64,000 nucleotides of DNA from positions 787,090,001-787,154,000 of the forward strand of contig NC_091283.1 of assembly GCF_032444005.1 (NCBI RefSeq), read 5' to 3'. Made by a program: the position numbers and the translations under genes. The stretch comes from Ranitomeya imitator (lineage: Eukaryota). This document shows, piece after piece, positions 27,791-39,114 of this stretch (position 1 is its first letter; every line of letters begins with the position of its first letter). Below the pieces are notes generated by a model. It saw nothing but the letters and a program-made list of their open reading frames with translations, did not search any database and was not told the DNA's origin.

Positions 27791-29366
27791 TTCTATCTTC
27801 AGGCTCTCATTAAATTGTGGTTAAACGGAACAACTGCATTTGGCGTACTAGTTGGTTTGGGGCCTACTATCGGTGTCTGCCGCTCCTTGCTGTTCTCCTG
27901 GTTTCCTGTCCTGAAATTCCGTTTTCAGGCGCTCGTTAAGTAGTTGTTAATGTTAGACTGCATTTGGCCTACTAGTTGGGTTGGGGCCTACTATCGGTGT
28001 CTGCCACTCCTTGCTGTTCTCCTCCACTGAACAAAGCTGTGCCGCCTGTTTACTACTGTTGCCAATTTTGAACTGCATTTCGACTACTTACTGATTTGGG
28101 CCTACTCTGTGTCAGCCTCTCATTCCAGTTGTCCTACACTGCAATGCCCCCTGGTTATTCCTGTGTTACCAATTTTGAACTGCATTTAGCCCACTTTATT
28201 CTTTGGGCCTATATCTGTGTTTCCTCCTCATCCTGCCCATTGCCCAGCCAGTGATAGATGAGTCTGCTGGTACATTGACCCATAACGCAACATTTCCCGT
28301 GCACGCTACACTGCAAGATTGTGACCCTGCTGAAAGTCAGGTCCCCCTTCCCGCATACCATACCACCTTACACGGGGACAAACAGGAAGGTGCAGATGAA
28401 AGTGCAGGTTCCTTCATCAGGTGGGGGGAGGAATACTAGTTGGCGACGTCACTGGCACAGGGCCTCTCATGGTACGCAAAAGTGTTGCTGCCGGTGGGAG
28501 GCGCCCCCGCCGTGCAAACACACCGCTGTACTTTGAGGGGCCCTGTGCCAGTGCCAATGCCAACGAGTGGGCCCCCCCTGCTTGCTCAGGTTCACAGCAC
28601 TTGCAAAGTTGAAATACTTACCTCTCCCTGCTCCACTGCCGTGACGTGGTCCAGATTTCCTGGGCCCACTAATTACTTGAACCAGCCCTACCCACCACAA
28701 CTTTAGCCAAATGACCCCCAATTTCAAATGCCTTCCAATTATTATAAGGTAAATTACGCTTGACAAGCTTCATTAAGAAGAATGGATGGTTTTGACATTA
28801 AAATGGGCACTCTAGGTGTTTTCCTGGCCCCCACTCACTGCCGACTATGCTGCCCCATTGACTTGCATTGGGTTTCGTGTTTCGGTCGATCCCGACTTTA
28901 CGTCATAATCGGCCGATTTCACTCGACCCGACTTTTGAGATAGTCGGGTTTCGCGAAACCCGGCTCGACTCTAAAAAGGTCAAGGTCGCTCAACTCTACT
29001 GCTGATCCATAGCCCTAAAATTTTCAAGTTTTGGTTCATTACTCCACAGAATCAAATCCAAAAATTTCTGTTGCCTGTTCATATGGTTTGGAGAAAATTG
29101 GAACAGACTTTATTGTGCTTTTGGATTAAGTGAGATGAACATCTTGGAGCTTGGGTAAGGAGCATTTAGTGTGCACCTTACTATGCAAACTAAAAACCTT
29201 AGTGACTGCTGTCTAGAAATATTGCTGCAGGTCTTTTGCAGTCACTCAAGGGTTTCTGAACTCCTCTTGTGGAGGATGGTGACGGTTACCAATTTTGGCA
29301 AGTTTTTTGGACAACCCAAGAATATTTTTTAACTAGAAAACACTGAGCATTGGGATTGGTTATGAT

Positions 29367-30130
29367 TAGTGTTGAGCGATACCGTCCGATACTTGAAAGT
29401 ATCGGTATCGGATAGTATCGGCCGATACCCGAAAAATATCGGATATCGCCGATACCGATATCCGATACCAATACAAGTCAATGGGACATCAAGTATCGGA
29501 AGGTATTCTCATGGTTCCCAGGGTCTGAAGGAGTGGAAACTCTCCTTCAGGCCCTGGGATCCATAGGGATGTGTAAAATAAAGAATTAAAATAAAAAATA
29601 TTGATATGCTCACCTCTCCGGCGGCCCCTGGACTTCACACTGCTAACCGGGAGGCTTCTTTGTTTAAAAAGCGCGCCTTTCGGACCTGTGAATGACGTCC
29701 CGGCTTCTGATTGGTCGCGTGCCGCCCATGTGACCGGCACGCGACCAATCAGAGGCCGCGACGTCATTCGCAGGTCCTCAATTCCTATAATTAGCAGTTT
29801 TGTGAATGAGAATGACGTCGCGGCTTCTGATTGGCCGCGTGCCGGTCACATGGGCGGCACGCGACCAATCAGAAGCCGGGACGTCATTCACCGGTCCGAA
29901 AGGCGCGCTTTTTAAACAAAGAAGCCTCCCGGATAGCAGCGTGAAGTCCAGGGGCCGCCGGAGAGGTGAGCATATCAATATTTTTTATTTTAATTCTTTA
30001 TTTTCCACATCCCTATTGATTCGATACCGATACCCGATATCACAAAAATATCGGATCTCGGTATCGGAATTCCGATACTGCAAATATCGGCCGATACCCG
30101 ATACTTGCGGTATCGGAATGCTCAACACTA
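29367..30130 (-). mobile_element. hAT MITE (764 bp), same family as 1266-2031, opposite orientation
   Basis: Same TIRs and internal palindrome; perfect 8-bp TSD GTTATGAT (29359-29366, 30131-30138). Confidence 0.93.
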
Positions 30131-30451
30131 GTTATGATTCCATTGGACTGCTGCCACAAGTTATTGTATGTGTAGGCATCACATTTGAAGCAGGTCATAA
30201 CAGCCAGTAGCAATTAAAAAATGCATTTTGGAATAAATTTGGAGAAGCTACTCGACATATTACTTGTGTTAAGGTATTTACATTATTATTGTTTGGTTTA
30301 CTGCAGACAACAAGAAGCCAAATCTCGTTTGTAATGACGAGGTGAAAGATCAACAACTGATAGACAGATTTAAAGGCCTAACGTTAAAAGGATACATTTT
30401 GGAAGAATTCTATGCCTGCTTATTAGGTGCATATTTTATTTATTGCATTAA

Positions 30452-30960
30452 AGGGGTTGTCCAGACTTGATGCTCAAGTTTGAAGTCACTCTATAAGACT
30501 GCAGGCTTGCAAATCCTAACAGAATGCATAGTGTGCACTGCCAGAATTCTCCGCTGCTGGCACCGGGAGCAGGCGGTAATATATGCATCTTTCTGGCCAT
30601 ATTCTTCCTGAGCAGAAGAATCCTGACACCAAACAGGAACAATCAGGATCCAACTGAATCAGGACCACACACCGCAGACCTTGATTCAGCTGGACTCTGG
30701 TTATCCTCTTAGGAGGTATTCCACCCCTCTGCTTGGACCCCTTTGACCTATATGCATTGAACACAGCCTATACATCTATCGAAGGGTTTTCACCTGAAAC
30801 GTAATACTGTACTTACCACTGTGTAACCAATGGATATGAAATACTGACAATAAATCCTATTTGAAGCATTTTCAAGTACATTTAGGTGTGCAGCGCCTTC
30901 ACTTTACCTGTCAGGATTCACATGTCTGCAGTCACATAGCCTCAAGTTTGGGCAACGCCT
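30452..30960. mobile_element. Kolobok/T2-type MITE carrying a Penelope-like tail insertion (about 30590-30910)
   Basis: TTAA|AGGGGTTGTCC...GGGCAACGCCT|TTAA. Confidence 0.6.
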
Positions 30961-31888
30961 TTAAGGAAAGTGCAAATTTGATAAAATTTATTTAGCGGTG
31001 TGCTTCTATTCCTAAAACTGGCAGTTTATTCAATTGATCTTTCAATCATTTTTGTTAAACTGCCTATTATATATGTCAATGGGGCTTCATAGGTATGTAA
31101 TATAGGTCTCTTCACAGATTTGTAACTAGTGTGCATGACATTACTAAAATGAGATTAGTACATTTTATAGTTTTGTTATGTGGGCTTCAGTGAGCATTTG
31201 GTAATGCCTCCTAAAGCGCCTAGAGAAATTTCAGATGTGAAATTTCAGATGTGAAACATCATCATCCATGCGAGTCACAACCACTTCTGTTTTTTATTAA
31301 GTCCCACAAAGCACCCTGCCTCCAGCCTTCTGCTGCTCTGAGCCAAATCACATTTCACCAAGGGTCCCTGCTCCCAAAAACTTGGGAGCCAGCAAACTTC
31401 TTGTGATGAGTTAAACAGGTATCTAATACCTTACTTTTCTGATGTTACACAAAATTGGATTAATATTATTTTCTAGACATAATGATCTACATCTGGTCAA
31501 GCCTTTATCATATTATTAAAGTACGGTAATATATATACAAAGCTTTGGGAATTCTTGTCTAAATCAAAAGCAAAACTAGGTATAGTATACTGATATACAG
31601 AGAGAGCGAACAGTAAGGATTTGGATACCACACAGCTCCGCTTTAGGAAAATATAGGAAAACTCTTGCTGACAGACTGATTCTGATAATTGCATTATGTG
31701 AAGGAATTAATGTCCGTGGAGGTTATTTTGAAGAACATTAATTGAGAACCTCTCTTTACATGGAATCTGTCAACATTTTTTGCCACTTAATCTGAGAGCA
31801 CCCTATGGAACATATTGAGGCCCTGATTCACTTACTGGGCTGCTTGGTGTAGCTTTGATTTAATCACTGCTGAATCAGCAGGAGATTA

Positions 31889-32020
31889 CAGTGACATATA
31901 AAAGTTTGGGTACCCCTGGTCCAAATTACTGTTATTATGAACAGTTAAGCAAGTTGAAGATGAAATGATCTCTAAAAGGCCTAAAGTTAAACATAAAAAA
32001 ATATATATTTTCATGTTTTA
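31889..32020 (+). mobile_element. Tc1 left-end fragment (same family as 45413)
   Basis: TA|CAGTGACATATAAAAGTTTGGGTACCCCTGGTC...ATCTCTAAAAGGCCTAAAGTTAAA matches 45413-45510. Confidence 0.7.
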
Positions 32021-33014
32021 CATCTTCGGCTAGGTCACACACGAGCAAAAGGAAAAATCAAAGATGAGTTGTACAAGATAAAATGCAAGGAAAGTATATA
32101 CACTGCTAAATATGAATAGCACAATAATTGTATCCATGTATGACACAAGTGTTTAGCACATAGAGACCAAAAAGCAAAAAGAAAGTTACTACAAAAACAA
32201 CTTGCAGATGGTGTGGTATTACAGACGATCTGTATAATCAATGAAATGTACTAGCTGTCTTAAAGGGAAAATGTAAACAAAATATTTTCCTAAGAATAGT
32301 ACTACAAAATCAGAACAGCTTCTAACCTTAACCCCTTCCTGACCTGTGATGCCACATAGGCGTCATGAAAGTCGGTGCCAATACGACCTGTGATGCCTAT
32401 GTGGCATCATGGCAGGATCGCGTTCCTGCAGGTCGGCTGAAAGGGTTAACTGAAATTTCACCCAACCTGCATGAACAGGGGAACTTGTACTCGAGCCCAG
32501 GGGTGTTGGCTTTGCCACCCCCCCAGATCTGCTTGGAGCTAGCGTCCATGTGACGCTAGCTCTCCAATCAGATGTGGAGGGGCGGAGTAAACAATGGCTG
32601 CCTCGCTGTCCAGCTTCATGCCGTTCATGTCAGCAGAACAGTGAGGTGCCTACTTGCTGCCCTGCCACATACCGAGATCGCCGCAGCCGTCATCATCACC
32701 ACCGCCGCCACTCCAGGTACTCCCCTCTGCTGCCCTCCACTTTCCCTGCCATCCAAATCCACGCCCCCCAACCTCTGCTCCCTCCCCTCTGCCCCGGTGA
32801 TCACCCCCTTCCCCTGCCTAGGTGATCACTCCCTGATCACCTCCCCTGTTGCTGCTGCTGCCGGCTCCATCTTCTCCATCTGCTGCTGCATCTCCTCAGC
32901 TCCCCCGTGCCTGACAGTCCCCTCCTGCCCCCCAGTGATCATCCCCCGCTTCCTGCCCCCGGTGATCACCCCCCACACCAGTGATTACCCCCTGCGCCCC
33001 CTTCCCCCTGATCC

Positions 33015-33360
33015 CATTAGGATTAGAGTTGGGCTAAAGTTAGGGTTAGGGCTAAAATTAGAGTTAGGGCTAAAGTTAGGGTTGAGGCTAGGGGTAGAGT
33101 TATNNNNNNNNNNNNNNNNNNNNNNNNNNNNNNNNNNNNNNNNNNNNNNNNNNNNNNNNNNNNNNNNNNNNNNNNNNNNNNNNNNNNNNNNNNNNNNNNN
33201 NNNNNNNNNNNNNNNNNNNNNNNNNNNNNNNNNNNGGGTAGGGTTAGGGTTTGGATTATGGGTAGGGTTAGGATTAGGGTTGAGATTAGGGGTAGGGTTA
33301 GGATTAGGGGTAGAGTTGGGAATAGGGTTAGGGGTGTGTTGGGGTTAGGGTTGGAGTTAG
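33015..33360. repeat. Degenerate telomere-like (TTAGGG/TTAGAG/CTAAAG)n array spanning the assembly gap 33104-33235
   Basis: Visible 6-bp periodicity on both sides of 132 N. Confidence 0.9.
33104..33235. other. Assembly gap (132 N)
   Basis: Run of N. Confidence 1.
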
Positions 33361-34397
33361 AACTGGGGGGTTTCCACTGTTTAGGCACATCAGGGGCTCT
33401 CCAAATGTGACATTACGCCCGCGGACCATTCCATCAAAGTCTGCATTCAAAAATGTCACTACTCTTCTGAGCCCCGACGTGTGCCCAAACAGTGGTTCAC
33501 CCCCACATATGGGGTATCAGCATACTCAGGACAAACTGGAGAATAACTTTTGGCATCCAATTTCTCCTGTTACCCTTGTGAAAATAAAAATTGCGAACTA
33601 AAAAATCACTTTTGACGGAAAAAAAAGATTATTTATTTTCATGTCTCTGCGTTATAAACTTATGTGAAGCACTTGGGGGTAAAAAGTGCTCACCACACAT
33701 CTAGATAAGTTCCTTGGGGGGTCTAGTTTCCAAAATGGGGTCACTTGTGGGGGTTTCCACTGTTTAGGCACAAGATTGCCTTGCGCAGGTGTGTACTACG
33801 GAGGACAGAGAATGAACTTCAATCCAATATTGCGGCCAGCATGCAGCCAACTGGTAAGGAAAGGGTGAATCAAATACCTGAAAACTCCGCCCATATGACC
33901 GAAAACCGGTCCCGCCAAATTCAGGTGACAGGTTCCTTTTAATGTTCTATAGTGATTACATGCATAGACAAAACAAGTGTAATTTGCTAATTGTAAATGG
34001 CATTTTGGATTTGAATTATAATGGCATTTATTTTATTTATGTGTTTTCTATACTTGGAGAAACCCTCTAAGGTGAAAGTCACATTTACTGAAGTACTTGG
34101 CACTAGTGACCCATATAAAATAAATGGTAAGATGGTGTATTCTGTAGACTTTGTTGGGCATGTTATAATATTTCACTTTAGCTCTTTTGCTAAGACTCAA
34201 TGTTCTGTTAATAGAGCAAAACAATGGATAAACTGATCAGTTTCTTTAAAATTTTATCAAAATGGTACTGAAAAACTGGATAACAATTCGGTATGCAATT
34301 TATCATACGAATAAATATGAAAAATCTGTAATAAAGAGATAAGTTGTTACCTACTTTTCAAACTTTGCTCAACACATCATGACATTTTGAACTTTAA

Positions 34398-36089
34398 CCC
34401 CTTCACGACCATCGACAAACTGAGTGTTACGCTCACTCCCAGATTGGTTAGTGCAAGCGTGGATCATGGCCCGACTGTACCACGGACCACACTTATCCCA
34501 GAGGGGTGTGACTAAGCAGCTATTTTGGTGTCTAAGCAGCTATTTTGGTGTTTGCTGGAGCCTCTAGTGGTGAGGTCAGGCTGGTAATGGCAGGCAGCTG
34601 CCAGGTAGCACTCTAGGGCAGTTTTCATCAGTAGCAGCTGACCCCCAAGGGACAGGATGCTATCGACAGGTGCAGGTAAGTACTGTCTGGCTCAGCTGAT
34701 ACATAGGTAAGCAAGTACAAGTGGGCACGGCTGATATACAGAAAGGTCGGTGCAGGTGGGCACAGCTGATACATTGGCAGAGGTAGAAGCCAGATCAGAC
34801 TGGAGGGACAGAAACAGTTTCAGGATGGACTGGGTCACTGGCAGGAATGACTGGAATACAAGAATAAAAAAAATAAAAAATAGAAATGTCCGAATAAAAT
34901 GCAATAAGAAGTGATCAAAACATTGTATCTAAGCCAAAATGGTATCAATAAAAATGTCAGCTCTGTGCGCAAATAAGCTCTCACACAGCCCCAGATCCCC
35001 AAAAAATTACAACTTTACGGGTGTCACTAAATGGCGACAAAAGCAAACTTTTTTTTTTAACAAATTTCTGAATTTTTTTATCACCTAAATAAAAAAAGAC
35101 AATACATGTTTGATGTGCTGCTGATTCTGAGCGTTCGTTTCTGCCTGTAACCCTGTGCACACTGCAATCTGTCTGACTGATGAAGATCATTGTAGGACCA
35201 ATACGTCTTCTTTATTTTTGGATTGCCCACACACAATAAAATTATCTGCTTAAAACATTTACCCTAGTGCCACATTTTCTACAAGATTCACATGGGATAG
35301 GATCCTATGTGGACACCATCCACAGGAGTGCCGTAATTACCAATTTTGTGCATACTCCTACTGACCTGGGGAATCATTTTGCCAGGTCAGTTTTATAATA
35401 TATTGAATATGGGAAATAAAAAAAACCCAAAAAACATTATGGAATTGTACTTTTTTGCGACTTTTTCAACACAAAGTGGGCTGGAATTGAGATCGGACGC
35501 TATGTCGGGTTTGGAGAGTCCCTGATGTAGATAAACAGTGGAAACCCCCCACAAGTGACACCATTTTGGAAAAGATCCCCCAAGGAACTTATCTAGATAT
35601 GTGGTGAGCACTTTGAACGCCCAATTGCTTCACAGAAGTTTATAAAGTAAAGCCGTGAAAATAATCATATTTTTTCTACAAAAATTATCTTTTAGCTTCC
35701 CATTTTTTTATTTTCCCAAGGATAACTGGAGAAATTGGACCCCAAAAGTTGTTGTACAATCTGTTCTGAGTACTATCATACCCCATATGTGGGGGAAAAC
35801 CACTGTTTGGCCTCACGGCAGAGCTCACAAGGTAAGGAGCGCCGTTTGAGTTTTTCAACGCAAAATTGGCTGGAAATGAGATTGGACACCATGTCGCGTT
35901 TGGAGAGCTCCTGATGTGCCTAAACACTGCACTTGGAATTTTTTTTCCCATTTTCCAGTACAGTATGTGGCAGAATGAATAAAGACCTCATATGGCTGGA
36001 GACATAAAAAAAATTAAAAAGTTATAGCTTTTGGAAGAAAAGGTGGAAAAAAATTAATTCAAAAAGGAAAATTGCCAGGGGTGAAGGGG
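34398..36089. mobile_element. piggyBac-like non-autonomous element with a nested LTR fragment (about 34422-34850) and a Penelope-like tail (about 35115-35290)
   Basis: TTAA|CCCCTTCAC (34394) ... GTGAAGGGG|TTAA (36090). Confidence 0.75.
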
Positions 36090-36889
36090 TTAATAAAAAT
36101 CTGCATGATTTTGTGATACTCTGGCATAAAGTATAGCACAGATATCTATGCTATACTACACTATATTGTGTTCCTGTCAATGGTTTTGCTAACATGTTGC
36201 AATCTTGTATTGAATTTGTTTAGGGAGAAATTGGAGCCTGTAATCAAATTCAAGAAAGGTAAGGTTGGAGATGTATATCTGTTTTGATTGTGTTGATAGC
36301 CTGTGCAGAATGCTACAGAGGAACTGAACTTTTTTTTTGCAAATAAGAGTGTAAGAAACTAGTTGTGGAAAAACCTCTTATAAGAAACCAAACATTATGC
36401 CCTTCTATCTTGTATGATCCAGCCTGGCACCATAATGGGGGACCTTTTTCCAAAATTGCATATTCTTCATGAAAGCACTGAAAACATATCATATCACATA
36501 ACTGACATGTCTGTAAGACAAGAGTCTTAAATAACTGCAAATATTCTCAAATATAACATTGTTATCAATAACAAATAGTATTTACCACCCAGTTTCCCTG
36601 ATACACATTTTGGTTGTGCTCTTTTTTTAAAAACAAATATTTATTGTGAATAAAGATATTTGATATTGTACATTTGGTTATTAGACATAGTGGGACTTAT
36701 AGGTGCTCTGTCATCCCATCTGTTTTGGTTTCATTCACAGGGAACACATTTTGTAGGTATAGTGCTTTTTTCACTGTAGTAAGAAGTTTCCTTTTTATTA
36801 TAAAGGTTTTCAACTATCATTTAACCACTTTTTATATGACCTCTTCATAAGAATAGCTTTACTAAGATTCACTCATTACCAGCACTTAT

Positions 36890-37134
36890 GCTTTGCTTTT
36901 ATAGCCCCATCATTTTCTGCAATGCTTTACACACATTATCATTACTGTCCAAAATGGGGCTCACAATCTATATTCCCTATCAGCATGTCTTTAGAGTGTG
37001 GGAGGGAACCGGAGAACATCCACACAAACACCGGGAGAACATACAAACTGCAGATATTGTCTTTGGTGGGATTTCAACCCAGGACGCCAGTGCTGCAAAG
37101 CAACAGTGCTAACCACTGAGCCACCGTGCTGCCC
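36890..37134 (-). mobile_element. tRNA-derived SINE (V-SINE-like)
   Basis: The minus strand starts GGGCAGCACGGTGGCTCAGTGGTTAGCACTG (A box), has B-box-like GGTTGAAATCC and the core TTTGTATGTTCTCCCGGTGTTTG. Confidence 0.88.
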
Positions 37135-38719
37135 ACAATCAGCTTCTAAAGGGGAACCGGAAAAGTGTCCCATGATCATTTGTTAGCATCCAGGCACAAC
37201 TTTCTGCTATTTTATGTACCGTCAGTCCCTTATTTGGGCCCAGGATTTGGATAGAAAGAGAAGCGCTCTTCATTCTGCTCCTGATATGGGTGCAGCTCAC
37301 TTAAATGATTGCAAGTACCATATGTCTGAGCACACAAGCTCATATCACAGAGCTCACTTTCTTGCCGATGCTTTGGCGCACCAGTCCCTTCATCTGACAA
37401 GAGCTGCAATGTGCTTGTCACTACTAAGAACACTACGGCAACTGCAATTGAATAAACAAGCATTGGCAGGGTCAGTCTGCAGCACACATTGGCAAACTCA
37501 AAAGACAAACTTCACTGTCCTCTGCACTCATCCTGCTGATGCTTTGGTGCACAAGAGTGGATCCTTCTAATTGAGAAGCAGTGTAGTTTTGTCTCTAATG
37601 ACAAGCACATCACAGAGCTTGTCAATTAAAGGGCCCGATGTCCCTAAGCATTTGAAGGATCAGTGGACCTGCATTGGAGTGCTCAGACATGCTGTCAATC
37701 ATTTCAAGGAAGCTTCACACTCATATAGAGAAGTGTGATCTGCTCTTCTCTTTCCTTCTGAATCTTGTATTCGATGGGTGGATCGGACATAAAAGTGTAG
37801 GAAGTAGGGTCTGCATGTCAGCAAAGCAGCGTGACATACATACGGTAGAAATGCTCTTATAGAAGAAGTGCAGGTAATGAAAGTATATTAGGAAAGTGAT
37901 TGATATGAAGAGTTAGGAGGTACTAAAGAGGGTAAAATAGTAAACCATTTATAAACTGATCCTACTATTTGCATGAGAGACAGTTTCAGGGAGAATCCAG
38001 CAAGATCTAATGCACAAAGTAACATCATAAGTAAGATTCTATAAAGCCAGAAGAACAATAATAAAACAAATACTAATACTAACCATTACTTTGTATACAC
38101 AACTGTCTATTAAAGCATTGAGAAAAGGTTATTATGCGTTGTGCACAATTTCACACGGCCAGGTAAAAAGACATGATATAAGCAATGAGTCAACCGTCCG
38201 AGCATCTTTACGTCTGCGGGTCTAGCCAAATGTGGAGATTGGAGGAGCTGATGAAAGCTGATAACACACATTATCCTTCTTTGGTAATTACAAGTCTCTT
38301 GAAGAATTAAATAAAATTATTTTTTTTCTTGTGTGAAGCTGAAGGAACGATTATGAGGCAGTCAATCTGCATATGGTATGAGAGCACTGTGGATGATTCT
38401 GGTGATGTTTATGTATGATCAATGTATCCTCATTTACTGCCCAGTAGCGTGACTAAATGAGATATAATGGACGGATAGATGCATGGATGGACAAATGGGG
38501 ACTTTCGGAGTCTGAGCTTAACTGGTTATACTTTGTGCAATATTTATGAATGTATATAGCATGCTTTCAGTGCATTAAGATATTTTTAGAAGAGAAATTG
38601 TAAAAAAAGCCTATACAAGATGAACTAGTGAGCTATATTGTCAATCTGCACTGGAAGCTGTTATCATTGAGATTCTAGACCACAATACATGACAACAGGT
38701 AATAGTAAGGTAAGACTTA

Positions 38720-38996
38720 GGCTGCACGGTGGCTCAGTGTATAGCACTGCAGCCTTGCAGCGCTGGAGTCCTGGGTTCTAATCCCACGTTGGAAAACATC
38801 TGCAAGGAGTTTGTATGTTCTCCCTGTGTTTGCGTGGGTTTCCTCTGGGTTCTCCGGTTTCCTCCCACATTCCAAAGACATACTGATAAGGAATTTAGAT
38901 TGTGAGCCCCAACGGGGACAGCGATGATAATGTGTTCAAACTGTAAAGCGCTGCGGAATATGTTAGCGCTATATAAACATAAATATTATTATTATT
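38720..38996 (+). mobile_element. tRNA-derived SINE (V-SINE-like) with (ATT)n tail
   Basis: GGCTGCACGGTGGCTCAGTG...GGTTCTAATCCC...GAGTTTGTATGTTCTCCCTGTGTTTGCGTGGGTTTCC...AGCGCTATATAAA(ATT)n. Confidence 0.9.
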
Positions 38997-39114
38997 AGGC
39001 TGCGTTCACACACTGCATGCAGTAGCGCAGCCATGTCTAACTGCAAGGGTGAATGAGCCTACAAGTTTGCAGGTAACATGCAGCAGCTGTATCATGAGAT
39101 GCCAGTCTAATAGT

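Larger units (their letters stand above)
19854..28998 (+). mobile_element. Complete 9145-bp hAT DNA transposon (copy 1)
   Basis: TIRs TAGGGTTGAGCGA / TCGCTCAACTCTA, perfect 8-bp TSD CTGCTGAT (19846-19853, 28999-29006), a central transposase and subterminal tandem arrays. Confidence 0.96.
19530..29330 (-). pseudogene. Old Tc1 transposase remnant split by the hAT insertion (pieces at about 19530-19853 and 29007-29330)
   Basis: The minus strand reads HWTFQQDNEPKH near 19590 and ILWSNEPKLE near 29040; the pieces rejoin across the CTGCTGAT TSD. Confidence 0.75.
32332..33770. mobile_element. piggyBac-like non-autonomous element with a GC-rich minisatellite and TTAGGG-like repeats; right end lost
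   Basis: TTAA|CCCCTT at 32328; 33360-33770 resembles 35480-35930. Confidence 0.65.

Noticed and set aside
31836-31886. Possible TMEM26 exon 2 (SPA...LHQAAQ followed by GTAAG)
   Set aside because: Too short, the hydrophobic core is missing, there is no AG acceptor in the right phase, and it resembles repeat-derived sequence.
33015-33360. True telomere or chromosome-fusion scar
   Set aside because: The array is degenerate, in a single orientation and embedded in a TTAA-type element.
32572-33388. 258-aa and 121-aa ORFs across the gap
   Set aside because: Made of a GC-rich minisatellite, TTAGGG-like repeats and Ns.
36890-38996. tRNA genes at the two A/B-box-containing sites
   Set aside because: The tRNA-like heads continue into a SINE core and tail, with no complete cloverleaf.
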